Positions 48,138 to 57,107 of a stretch of DNA of 64,000 nt are shown one piece after another. Source of the stretch: a virus. The stretch is taken from positions 26,565 to 90,564 of IMG/VR virus record IMGVR_UViG_3300045283_000397. One strand, written 5' to 3'. The notes beneath the pieces are model-generated. The model had not been told where the DNA came from. It searched no databases and saw only the letters and a program-made list of their open reading frames with translations. Numbering within the stretch: the stretch's first letter is position 1; each line of letters begins with the position of its first letter. A program made the position numbers and the translations under genes.

Positions 48138-48201
48138 GGGGCTAGTCTCCTGGGTTGTGAGGGGCTATAAGGTGGGCGACTGGGCGCTGGAGTGGGCGCA
48201 G

Positions 48202-48384
48202 GTGTGGAAGCTGCTACAGTGGGGCATCATCTTCGGTGTCTGCTGGCACAATGCCGTTTACCATTGGACCCCGAACGGTTATTTGGCGGCAATAATAGCG
48301 TTCGCAACCGCTTTTTTTACAACACTATTGTGGTGCCGCCTAGTTGATCTAATACGGTATGGCCGCTCTGGCCGGGGGAGATGA
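48202..48384 (+). CDS. Small antisense membrane protein (superinfection-exclusion candidate)
   Basis: GGAG RBS, two hydrophobic helices, convergent on the last ejection gene. Confidence 0.5.
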   Translation: MWKLLQWGIIFGVCWHNAVYHWTPNGYLAAIIAFATAFFTTLLWCRLVDLIRYGRSGRGR

Positions 48385-50289
48385 GGACTGCGGCGGCGGC
48401 AGCGATGCAGGCGCCTTATAATCGAGCAATGCGCGAGCCATTATTGCTGCTCTTACAGCATCATCCCGTAAAGGTACGTGTTGCACTGCTTCGTTAGTCA
48501 ACCACCAGCGCGTAAGCGGATTATTATATGCTCCGCGTACTACAGGACGTGCTACTAGTGGCCCTAATTCTTCGCCTAATAGAGTTCCTAAAACGGCATG
48601 TTCAACCCCTCCTCCAGGGTGAGTACCACCAGCTGTTGCGCCTAACCCCGCGCCCAAGGCACGTCCGATACCTTCCACAGTAAAACGACGCGCTGTCTCT
48701 GAATTTGGCGGTTCACCCAGTAGTGCTACCCCTGGAGTAGAGAGAGAAGAGAAATCGTCTTGTCCACGCACCACGGCGCGCTTGCCATAAACCGCTTTGG
48801 CGGCCGAATCGAGCTGGGCCGGGGTGATAATGCTGTTAGCTGCTGCTGGCCCAGCTGAGGCCGCCGCGCGCTCCAGCACCAGCGCATTGCGATAATCACG
48901 CCTTGTTTGTTGCCAAGCACCTAAGTCGGCCGGATTGCGGTTCGCTATTGAGCGCTCCATGGTATCATCTAGTGCATCCACAATAGCATGTAAGCCGCGC
49001 GCCTTGGCGGGGTCGCTGGCTTCACGCGCCGCGGTGCTCAGCCGAGACCTCATCAACTGATAATCTGTGCCATTAACACTGAACGGGGGTATGTTGGGCA
49101 TGCCCGGTGCATTTATGGGTCTGCCTGGAAAGAATGCGTTCATAACATGGTCCGCCGCCCCATTCACAGCGGCAACTGTCTGTGGATCATTTACCCCAGG
49201 CAAAGCATTTATCTCATCACGTGCAGCCTGTAGATCACGAAACGTAGTGTGGTCGAACTGCGCTGTGTTCCTTGCCTGGAGGCCATCGAATTGCCTGCCC
49301 ACGTTGGTTAGGTGAGTGTCGATAATCCCGCCTTGACCCCGCAGCGGCAGCCCGGGGGGTGCCGTTACATTACCACGTCGTAATGCTGCATCGGTGAATT
49401 GGCGTAACTTATCGTCATAGGCACCGGGCTGCATTTGTGATTCAAAGGCTTTAAGGTTGCGCCCCCCGGAAAGGTCCCCCGGGCTGACCGCCACTCTCTC
49501 TCCGCGCAGCGCGGCGGCCATGGCGGAGCGTCCCTGTTCGATATTTAGGGGCGTAATCATGCGTCCCGCGACGCTGGGTGCGGCCAACATGGCGGCTATC
49601 TGGGCTGGCTCGGACCAGCGGCTGTCGGGGCCCACAATATCGCGTGCGCCCTCTTTAGCGGCAGCGGGTGCCAGCACATAGCGCGTTGCGTTGGCTAGCG
49701 GGCGCGCTATACCCATACCCCCCGCACCCCCGGGGGCCAATACCAGGCCGGGGGTCAGTTCGCCCGCGGTATAGCCAATACGCCCTGCCGCACCTTGGGG
49801 GGCATAGGGCTGCCCAAACACCTTATTGGTCTGACCTTTAATTTCTTCAAGCGTGGGCATGCCCGAGAATGGGGTGAGCGCCTGCTGTATTTGGCCCCGT
49901 ACTGAATTTGGATCCAGCGGCATAGGTTCCGGTTTCCAGGGCTGGCGCCCGGTGCCCCCGGTGCGGAACCAATCGACCATTTCCTGACCAGCACGCTTTC
50001 CCAGTTCGCGTGCTTCACCCGGGATAGCCCCAATCTGTTCAATACCGGAGCGCAAACCCGCGCCATAACCCTTAGCAAAATCGGCATGGGGGTCAACCGC
50101 TCCAGGCATGGTAATAAATTTTTGTAGTTCCTCCGTACTCATATTTTCCAAATTCAACCCAGATTGCGCCGCAAGCGAGCGCGTAGGCGCGCCCGGGAGC
50201 GTAAAGCCCGCTACCGAGGGGGCGGAGGGGTGCTGCTGGGCGTTGATAATCGCCTGGAGCTCGGCGTCGCTAAGGTTGCTGAGGTCCAC
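48349..50289 (-). CDS. DNA ejection/internal virion protein
   Basis: LSDAEL repeats, Ala/Gly-rich helical; last of the ejection-gene set. Confidence 0.65.
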   Translation of the reverse strand: MDLSNLSDAELQAIINAQQHPSAPSVAGFTLPGAPTRSLAAQSGLNLENMSTEELQKFITMPGAVDPHADFAKGYGAGLRSGIEQIGAIPGEARELGKRAGQEMVDWFRTGGTGRQPWKPEPMPLDPNSVRGQIQQALTPFSGMPTLEEIKGQTNKVFGQPYAPQGAAGRIGYTAGELTPGLVLAPGGAGGMGIARPLANATRYVLAPAAAKEGARDIVGPDSRWSEPAQIAAMLAAPSVAGRMITPLNIEQGRSAMAAALRGERVAVSPGDLSGGRNLKAFESQMQPGAYDDKLRQFTDAALRRGNVTAPPGLPLRGQGGIIDTHLTNVGRQFDGLQARNTAQFDHTTFRDLQAARDEINALPGVNDPQTVAAVNGAADHVMNAFFPGRPINAPGMPNIPPFSVNGTDYQLMRSRLSTAAREASDPAKARGLHAIVDALDDTMERSIANRNPADLGAWQQTRRDYRNALVLERAAASAGPAAANSIITPAQLDSAAKAVYGKRAVVRGQDDFSSLSTPGVALLGEPPNSETARRFTVEGIGRALGAGLGATAGGTHPGGGVEHAVLGTLLGEELGPLVARPVVRGAYNNPLTRWWLTNEAVQHVPLRDDAVRAAIMARALLDYKAPASLPPPQSSSPPARAAIPY

Positions 50290-52714
50290 CGGGGGCCTGT
50301 TGCTGCTGTTGCTGGCGCCGGGCTAGCTCGGCCTTGGCGGCGGCGATATTGGCGGGCGTGGGCGGCAGCGCGGGCGGGGGCGCGGTGCCCAGCGCACCGG
50401 GGGCAGCCGGCTTATTGCCCAGGAAGACTTCGCTAAAGCGGCCCATCTCGTCCGGCTTGATGAGGGGGTTGTTCTTGAAATGATCCGCGACGAGTTTGTC
50501 GAATTCGGGCGTGAGGCGCCCCGGGCCGCGGGCGGCGGCCCCGGGGTGAATGCTGCCCGTGGCCATGAAATTGTGGGCCATATTTTCGACTTCCAGCATC
50601 CGCTGGGCGGTGCGGATGCGCAACTCGACCACGGCCTTGTTGGCCGGGGTGGGGTTGACGGGATCGAAGTTGGACTTGGTTATCATATTCATCTCGGGCA
50701 CGCGGATGGCGCCCGCGCCCTGGGCCACCAGCTCGCGGATGTTGGCCAGCGAGCCGGACTGGCCCAGCTTGGAGGCGAATGCCAGCAGATCGGCCGACTC
50801 TCCCGAGGAGATGCCCAGCATCTTGCCCACTTGGTCGACATTGGCGCGCTCCGGCGCCAATAGGCCCGAATAGAAGCCGGGCGCGTCCATCAAGCGCTGG
50901 AGCAGCTGGAGCTGGGGCAGTGATTCATCGCGCGCCTCGTTGGCCATCTTGGTGATGGTGTCGTATTTCTTCTGGTAGACCGGGATCTGGCCCTTAGCCG
51001 CCTCCAAATCCAATTCGCCCGCCATCTGCTCGGGCGTGCGCGGGGCGCGCTCGGCTTGGACCTGGGCCTGCTTCTTTTGGAATTCCTCGAATTCCTTGAC
51101 GTTTTGCTGGTAGTTGGTCCACTCGCGCGCCCAATCATCCTGGCTCTGTCCCGGGCGGGGCGTAAATGGGGGCGGCTGCGGGCGCGCGGGAGTGCCCGGG
51201 GGCGGCGCGGGCTGCAATGCCGAAGATGTCGCTGGGGCAGTGGCCGGCAAGCCTGCGGCGGGTGCCGCTGGGAGCGTCCCTGAGGATAGTACATTGGGCG
51301 GTGTGGGCACAGCGCCAGGTACGACAGGGGTGGTGCCAGGGGTGCCAGGTAGGGCTGGCGCGCGCGGCGCGGCGGGCGCGGTAATGGGGGCGGGGGCCGT
51401 GCCGCCGACATTAGGGTCAAATGGCGTCTGGGTAAGGCGCCAGGCACCCGTCTGCGGATCGCGCGCCAAATTCTCTATGTAGCGCTGATGGGGCACTCCT
51501 TGCACGCCCGGATCGTAGGTGACCACCTTGCCGGGGCCTTGCTGCACTATGCGCGGGGGCTGGCCCACCACCTGCGACCAGATGTTGCCGTAGTCATCGC
51601 GCTGGAAGGTGGGCAGAAAGCCCTGGTGCGCTTGCACGGCCTCGGTGGCCGTCTTTATGGCCGTGGCGGGGTCCATGCCCGTGCGGATTAGCGCGCCGGC
51701 CATCTGGCGCACCTGGACTTGGGGCGGCACTTCCGCCGCGCCGCCCGGGGGTGCGTTCTGGGCGAATTGCGGGCCCGGAGGCTGGGGAGCGGGCGCGTCG
51801 CCTGGAGAGCCAGCAGAAGCTAGCGCGCGCACAGTGGCCTGGGCCGCTGGCGGGAGCGCAGGTGCGCCGCCGGGCATGGGCACCGGGGCCGTGGCCGGGG
51901 TGGCCTCGCCCGTAAAGGCGAGGGCGGGTTGCGCGCCGAGTGCGTTTGTGAATTGGCTGACGTAGCTCTGGCCCGTGGTGCCCAGCTGATCGCGCTTGTT
52001 GGCGCCGGTGGATTGCGGGCCGCCGGTGAACCAGGCCGAGGCGGCATCCTGCGGATTGCCGTACTTGGTAAGATAGGAACCAAAGCGGTGGCGGAACGTG
52101 GCTTCCTGGGCTTCGGGGCTGGCGCGAAACTCTTCGGGCGTCATTCGCTTGCCGGTGGCTGCTTCGGTCCACTCGGGCACGTTGGCGCCCATTACCTGAT
52201 ATTTGCCATAGGCGCGGTCGCCCGTGCGGGTCACCGGGCCCAATTCATCGTACTTGCCGCCACTTTCTAACTTGGAGATGGCGGCGCCGTAGCGGTCTAG
52301 ATTGCCGCCGCCAGTATAGGCGGTCGGAGTTGATGTGGAGCTATCCCCGGCGTCGGCGCGCGCGCCCAGGCCGCCGCCCGCGGCCGGGGGCAGCGGGGCG
52401 GCTTCGCCGGGGCCGCCGAGCGGGCGCGAGAGGATGTCGGCCTGGGCGCCCTGGCGCTCGCGCTCCAGGCGGTCGGCCTGGCCGGACTGGTAGCCGCCCA
52501 TTAACGCTTCGACAATATGGCCCGCGCCCTGTGTCCAGCTGTAGGCGTAGGGATTGCGCAAGTCGGGCTGCTTCATGGATTGCGCCATGAGGGCAGCTGC
52601 ATAATCTCGCATACTTTGCAATTGAGCAGCAGTTACCGTCTGGCCCGCAGCGCCAGGGCGGTTGATCGTCCCCAACAATGACGCCACGGGGTTGAAGGTG
52701 GAATCGGTGGCCAT
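50270..52714 (-). CDS. Internal virion/ejection protein with lytic-transglycosylase-like domain
   Basis: ISKLESGGKY...AYGKYQVM...W...PEAQE...AWFTG. Confidence 0.75.
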   Translation of the reverse strand: MATDSTFNPVASLLGTINRPGAAGQTVTAAQLQSMRDYAAALMAQSMKQPDLRNPYAYSWTQGAGHIVEALMGGYQSGQADRLERERQGAQADILSRPLGGPGEAAPLPPAAGGGLGARADAGDSSTSTPTAYTGGGNLDRYGAAISKLESGGKYDELGPVTRTGDRAYGKYQVMGANVPEWTEAATGKRMTPEEFRASPEAQEATFRHRFGSYLTKYGNPQDAASAWFTGGPQSTGANKRDQLGTTGQSYVSQFTNALGAQPALAFTGEATPATAPVPMPGGAPALPPAAQATVRALASAGSPGDAPAPQPPGPQFAQNAPPGGAAEVPPQVQVRQMAGALIRTGMDPATAIKTATEAVQAHQGFLPTFQRDDYGNIWSQVVGQPPRIVQQGPGKVVTYDPGVQGVPHQRYIENLARDPQTGAWRLTQTPFDPNVGGTAPAPITAPAAPRAPALPGTPGTTPVVPGAVPTPPNVLSSGTLPAAPAAGLPATAPATSSALQPAPPPGTPARPQPPPFTPRPGQSQDDWAREWTNYQQNVKEFEEFQKKQAQVQAERAPRTPEQMAGELDLEAAKGQIPVYQKKYDTITKMANEARDESLPQLQLLQRLMDAPGFYSGLLAPERANVDQVGKMLGISSGESADLLAFASKLGQSGSLANIRELVAQGAGAIRVPEMNMITKSNFDPVNPTPANKAVVELRIRTAQRMLEVENMAHNFMATGSIHPGAAARGPGRLTPEFDKLVADHFKNNPLIKPDEMGRFSEVFLGNKPAAPGALGTAPPPALPPTPANIAAAKAELARRQQQQQQAPGGPQQP

Positions 52715-53725
52715 TTATTTGCTGCCCAGCGACTTGCCGTAGCCGCCGGCCAACGCGGCGGGGATGGAGAAGAGGCCCGAGATTAAGGCGTTCTGGGCCG
52801 CGGTCTGGTTGGCCGCGTTCTGTATCGCGGCTTGCTGCGCGGTATTGTAGGCGCCCACCACGTTGGTCGGGGCGACTTGGGCTTGGGGCGTACTTATCAG
52901 GTTGCCGGGCAAGGAGCCCGGCTGGCTCAAACCGAATTCCTGGGACGCGATGGAGAGCGGCAGCATATAATTAGAAAGCCCCGTCTGGTAGCGCGCGAGG
53001 GCATCTTGCAGCGCTTGATCGTGCAGCGTTGTGCCGGTCTGCAGCGCCTGGCCATATTGCTGTTGCTCTTGCTGGAGCTGCTGCTGCCAGGGCGTGATCT
53101 GGGTGGTAAGTGCTTGCTGGAACGCGGCGGGCTCGGCCTGGGCCAGAAAGCCAGTTACCGTCTGGTTCTGGGTCTGGCGCAGCGCGTTCATGGCCTGGTC
53201 GTAGGCCGGGGTGCCCGGCGCCAGGCCCTGGTTGCGCAATTTGGCGTCAAGCTGATCCACCTGGGGCGTGAAGAACGGATTGAGATAGCTGGTCTCCTTG
53301 GCCAGCAGCTGTCCGGTCAGGCCCGAGGTCATATCGCCCAATCCGGAGACGGTGGGCAGATTGGGCAAGCTGGGCAGCGCCGAGGGATTGATCTCGGGCA
53401 GTGCGCCCACCGCCGCGGGCAGCGCGCTGGCGCCATAGTTGGCATTTTGCAGCACCTGGCCCGCCTGGGTGCCGGCGGTCTGCTGGTTGCCCTGGAGCGT
53501 TTGCAGCAGCTGCTGCTGGGCCGGGGAGAGGTTGGTGGTGGCCGTGTAGGTGGGCACCCCGTTGGGGCCTACGCCCGTCTGCTGATAGGTCAGGCTGCCG
53601 TAGGGCGTTATCTGGTTGACGTTGCTGGCGGCCTGGCCGGAGGCGGCCGTCTGTATGTTGGAGCCCTGTTGCTCCGCGGAGACCGTCTTGGGATCATAGA
53701 CGGGCGCGTTGGTGCCGGAGCCCAT
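52715..53725 (-). CDS. DNA transfer/ejection protein
   Basis: NVNQITPYGSLTY, L.NQGL.PGT.AY..AM, Gln/Ala-rich. Confidence 0.7.
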   Translation of the reverse strand: MGSGTNAPVYDPKTVSAEQQGSNIQTAASGQAASNVNQITPYGSLTYQQTGVGPNGVPTYTATTNLSPAQQQLLQTLQGNQQTAGTQAGQVLQNANYGASALPAAVGALPEINPSALPSLPNLPTVSGLGDMTSGLTGQLLAKETSYLNPFFTPQVDQLDAKLRNQGLAPGTPAYDQAMNALRQTQNQTVTGFLAQAEPAAFQQALTTQITPWQQQLQQEQQQYGQALQTGTTLHDQALQDALARYQTGLSNYMLPLSIASQEFGLSQPGSLPGNLISTPQAQVAPTNVVGAYNTAQQAAIQNAANQTAAQNALISGLFSIPAALAGGYGKSLGSK

Positions 53726-53982
53726 CAGCGGCGCCCTCCTGCGCGCGCGGCCAGCGCCTTGATTATGGCCTGGGTGTTGGCGGCCGAGAGCGCACCGCCG
53801 GCCGGGGGGGCCGGAGGCGTCAGCGGCTGGGAGCTCGGCGGCAGGTAGCTGCTGGCCACGGTATTGGTGGGCGCACCCAATACGGCGGCCTGCTGGCTAC
53901 CCGGGCCGCCGGGCAGTATGCCCTGGACCGACTGGCGGTTGATGGCGAAGGGCGAATAGCCCGGCGGCGCTGCTTGGAGCAC
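53725..53982 (-). CDS. Hypothetical Pro-rich protein
   Basis: Coupled to the downstream gene. Confidence 0.45.
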   Translation of the reverse strand: MLQAAPPGYSPFAINRQSVQGILPGGPGSQQAAVLGAPTNTVASSYLPPSSQPLTPPAPPAGGALSAANTQAIIKALAARAGGRR

Positions 53983-54009
53983 GGAGGTTAGGGTTCCTTT
54001 ACTTTAGGG

Positions 54010-54038
54010 TTTACCGCGCCCGCGGGCGCGGCTATAAA
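54010..54038 (+). promoter_or_regulatory. Promoter TTTACC-N17-TATAAA for the Y RNA-Ro60 unit
   Basis: Predicted start ~54045 coincides with the first base of the Y RNA 1 stem. Confidence 0.7.
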
Positions 54039-54044
54039 GTTTCT

Positions 54045-54130
54045 GCCTGTGCTGTAGGACATGGTTACTTCGCACCTTTGGTAGATGCAATGGGCTTCGG
54101 CCCAGTCACCATTCCCGCCGCTTGCCAGGC
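54045..54130 (+). ncRNA. Y RNA 1 (short Yrl-type, no tRNA-like arms)
   Basis: Terminal stem GCCTG/CAGGC, GTGCTGTAG...GGTTACTTC block shared with RNA 2, ATGGT/ACCAT helix, UUCG hairpin. Confidence 0.75.
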
Positions 54131-54131
54131 G

Positions 54132-54278
54132 CCTAAACGGAGACGGTGCTGTAGGACAGGGTTACTTCGCATCAGGAGCGAGAGGTCGGTGGTTCGAATC
54201 CATCCGGGGAAAAATCCCCGTAGCTCAGCGGTAGAGCGCTTACGTACCCGGTTCGCCTCTTACCCGTTTCCGCTTAGG
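54132..54278 (+). ncRNA. yrlA: YrlA-type Y RNA (circularly permuted tRNA mimic)
   Basis: Stem CGGAGACGG/CCGTTTCCG; T arm GGTGG-TTCGAAT-CCATC, loop-closed acceptor-like stem CGGGGA-AAAA-TCCCCG, then D arm GCTC-AGCGGTA-GAGC; directly upstream of a TROVE gene. Confidence 0.88.
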
Positions 54279-54313
54279 TCGCCGCACAGGCCCCGCAACC
54301 AACGGAGGCCGCC

Positions 54314-55642
54314 ATGGCTCGTTTGAATGTCGCGTCTCGCACTCCCCTGGCTTTCACCTACGAAGGCGGCAAGGCCGTTACCGGCCTCACGCCTATCCAA
54401 CAACTTCGCCGCTCGGTCCTTTCCTGCTTGCTTTGGGAAGATGAGTTCTACGAGGACGGCGAGGAAATCGGAGCGCGCATCGTTCGCGAGGCTAAGGCAG
54501 TATCGTTGGACGACTTGGCGTCGCTGGCGCTGGAAGCTCGCAATCGGTTCTATCTGCGGCACGTTCCGCTCCTGCTCGCCGTGGTGCTCGCCGGCCGCGT
54601 AAATGGTCATGCACATCCGCAGGGGGTCTCGGATGTGGTCGCGGGAGTTATCGGCCGCGTTGATGAACTCGCCGAGATTGTTGCGCTCTACTGGAAGCTC
54701 AATCCGAACAAGATGCTCTCGCGCCAGATGCGCAAGGGTTTGGCGCGCGCGTTCGCCAAGTTCGACCGCTACCAGTTCGGCAAGTACGATTTCGATAAGG
54801 GCAAGGCGGTTAAGCTCCGCGACGTTCTCAAGCTCGCGCGCCCGAAGCCGGCCGATGCCGAGCGTTCGGCACTCTACAAGGCCATTAAGGAAGGCACCGT
54901 CGAGGCCCCGGATACTTGGGAAACCGCGCTCATGCGCGGCGCCGACAAAAAGGAGACGTTTACCCGCCTGATTGCGGAGGAACGGCTTGGCTACCTCGCC
55001 TTGCTCCGCAATCTGCGCAAGATGCAGGAGGTCGGCGTTGACCCTGCAGTGATTCGCGATGCCATCGTGGCCCGCAAGGGCGCGCGGTTCGTGTGGCCGT
55101 TCCGCTACGTCGCGGCGGCGCGCGCGGCCCCGCAGTTTGAACCGGCGCTTGACCAAGCGCTGATCGAGGCCATCGGCGAAATGCCGGTGCTGCCGGGAAA
55201 GACGTTCGTGCTAGTGGATGTGTCGGGCTCGATGGATGCGAAGATGTCGGGCAAATCCGAGTTGATGCGTATCGACGCTGCGGCAACGCTTGCCTCGATC
55301 ATCCCCGGCGACCTGCGCGTATTCACGTTCTCGCAAGCGCTGGTCGAGGTTCCGCCGCGCCGCGGCATGGCGGGCGTGGATGCGATCAAACAATCGCAGC
55401 CGCACGCCTCAACTTATCTCGGCGCGGCGGTTGCTAAACTCAACACGCTGCCGCATGACCGGCTGATCGTGATTACCGACGAGCAGTCGCACGACGCCGT
55501 GCCCGATCCGGTTACGCCGCACGCGTACTTGATCAATGTGGCATCGAATCAGAACGGTGTCGGCTATCGCCGCTGGACGCATATCGACGGCTTTGCTGAT
55601 TCGGTGCTGCGGTTTATTCGCGAGATCGAAAACAACGGCTGA
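54314..55642 (+). CDS. rsr: Ro60/Rsr TROVE-domain RNA-binding protein with vWA domain
   Basis: LRRSVLSCLLWEDEFYE, FDRYQFGKY...LRDVL...PKP, TWE, ALLRNLR, MIDAS DVSGSM, ITDEQ; GGAGG RBS. Confidence 0.93.
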   Translation: MARLNVASRTPLAFTYEGGKAVTGLTPIQQLRRSVLSCLLWEDEFYEDGEEIGARIVREAKAVSLDDLASLALEARNRFYLRHVPLLLAVVLAGRVNGHAHPQGVSDVVAGVIGRVDELAEIVALYWKLNPNKMLSRQMRKGLARAFAKFDRYQFGKYDFDKGKAVKLRDVLKLARPKPADAERSALYKAIKEGTVEAPDTWETALMRGADKKETFTRLIAEERLGYLALLRNLRKMQEVGVDPAVIRDAIVARKGARFVWPFRYVAAARAAPQFEPALDQALIEAIGEMPVLPGKTFVLVDVSGSMDAKMSGKSELMRIDAAATLASIIPGDLRVFTFSQALVEVPPRRGMAGVDAIKQSQPHASTYLGAAVAKLNTLPHDRLIVITDEQSHDAVPDPVTPHAYLINVASNQNGVGYRRWTHIDGFADSVLRFIREIENNG

Positions 55643-55646
55643 TAAA

Positions 55647-56096
55647 CTACGCCGCGCGCGCGGCGCGTGCTAGACCGGCCAGGCGCGCTAGCTCGGGGCG
55701 GAAGAGCGCGTAGCGGAGCGCGGCGTTGCGCGGGGCATTGATGCGCCCGTAGTAGCATCTTTGGCTGCCCTCGAGGCGGAAGCCCACGTGGGTGAGCCAG
55801 CGGATTAGACGCTTGTGGCTGCGGCGCGTTAGCACCGTGACGCGCGCGGCGTCGAAGTCGCGCACGGCGACCAGCGCCATGGCGCGCGCGATGCCGGCGC
55901 TGGCGGTGTTAGGGCCATAGTAGCTAAAGTGGACGTCGTAGCCAGAATAGAACTGGAAGAGCGCGGCGCCGACGAGTTCTTGCGTGTCGGTGCGGATGAT
56001 GCCGATGGCCTTGTCGCAAGACACCGCGCGCAGGCCGAAGCGCCGCTCGGCCCATGCCCGCACCTGCGCGTCCGCGCCGAAGAGCAATCCGCGCAT
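55647..56096 (-). CDS. GNAT-like acetyltransferase of tail module (P22 gp14-like position)
   Basis: LVGAALF...GFRLEG..R.YYG. Confidence 0.7.
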   Translation of the reverse strand: MRGLLFGADAQVRAWAERRFGLRAVSCDKAIGIIRTDTQELVGAALFQFYSGYDVHFSYYGPNTASAGIARAMALVAVRDFDAARVTVLTRRSHKRLIRWLTHVGFRLEGSQRCYYGRINAPRNAALRYALFRPELARLAGLARAARAA

Positions 56097-56098
56097 CG

Positions 56099-56770
56099 CT
56101 AGAAGCTCGCGGTGCCGTAGCCGGCGGCGGGCGCGCCCGCGCCGAATAAGCCGCTCCCGCCGCCCAGGCCGAACAGCGCGCGGTACATATCGGGGATCTG
56201 CGGCTGGGCTGGAGAAAGCTGCTGACCACCGCCCGCAGCGAATAGCGCCGGGGCCGCTGTGGGCTCTCCGGTGCCCAGCGCGCCGGGCAGCGCGGCAGGG
56301 TCGGTGGGGGCGGCAGGTAGCGGGGGCGAAGGCACCGGGACTGCGGGGTTAACGGCCGCGGGGCTGGGGGCGTCGGGGGCAGAAAAATGCGCGGCGGGCC
56401 CCGCATCGGGGGCAGGCGCGGGCGGTGCTGCGGGCAAATCGGGTGCAGGGGCAGGCGCGGGTGTGGGCGCAGGTGTGGGTACAGGTACAGGTGGCCCCGC
56501 GGCACCCATTACCGATCCGACACCGGCCCCTGGCGCTCCCGTCATATTCCCGAGCATCGTGCTGCCAATTGCCCCAGCGCCGACGCCCGGCGCGCTGGGC
56601 ATTCCAAATGGTACCTGGAATGGGCGGTCGGGCTGTCCAAACCCAGATGGCGGCATGTAGGGGCTGGGCCCCCCGGGGGGCACGCCCCAGCTGACCGAAC
56701 TCGGCGCGATATAGCTGCTGCGGCCCGCGCCGCCCAGCGCAGCGAGCATGGCGGCGACCTGGGGGTCCAT
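56099..56770 (-). CDS. Pro/Ala-rich hypothetical virion protein
   Basis: AAAGGA RBS, PAP repeats. Confidence 0.55.
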   Translation of the reverse strand: MDPQVAAMLAALGGAGRSSYIAPSSVSWGVPPGGPSPYMPPSGFGQPDRPFQVPFGMPSAPGVGAGAIGSTMLGNMTGAPGAGVGSVMGAAGPPVPVPTPAPTPAPAPAPDLPAAPPAPAPDAGPAAHFSAPDAPSPAAVNPAVPVPSPPLPAAPTDPAALPGALGTGEPTAAPALFAAGGGQQLSPAQPQIPDMYRALFGLGGGSGLFGAGAPAAGYGTASF

Positions 56771-56781
56771 CTTAAGGTTCC

Positions 56782-56810
56782 TTTACTGCGCTCGCGCGCG
56801 GGACTAGTCT
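56782..56810 (+). promoter_or_regulatory. Promoter TTTACT-N17-TAGTCT
   Basis: Promoter family; drives the antisense moron at 56841. Confidence 0.6.
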
Positions 56811-56840
56811 GAGGGCTAACGGTGCTCATAGGAGGACGAA

Positions 56841-57107
56841 ATGGCTGAAAGTCTAACTTTGAAATGGGGGACGATCAAAGCATACAGCGGCCTTTCGGAC
56901 AAATCGCGGAAAATCATCGAGCGATTTTTCGCTGATGACTATCCAATGTCCTGCATGCTGGATAAGCCGGATGATGCCAGAAAGGAAATCTTGTGCGAAC
57001 TAATTGATCAGCTCGATTCAGAGACGATCTATCTCGATTGGGATGCCAAAGATGTATCTAAGGAAGAAGCCAAGAAATACGTTAGAGAATACGGGCAGCA
57101 CGCCTAA
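56841..57107 (+). CDS. Antisense moron, hypothetical protein
   Basis: AGGAGG RBS; LTLKWGTIKAY...LIDQ...WD...SKEEAKKYV. Confidence 0.75.
   Translation: MAESLTLKWGTIKAYSGLSDKSRKIIERFFADDYPMSCMLDKPDDARKEILCELIDQLDSETIYLDWDAKDVSKEEAKKYVREYGQHA

Noticed and set aside
54188-54240. tRNA gene
   Set aside because: The T arm precedes the D arm, the acceptor-like stem is closed by a loop, and there is no anticodon loop or CCA end; this fits a YrlA-type Y RNA
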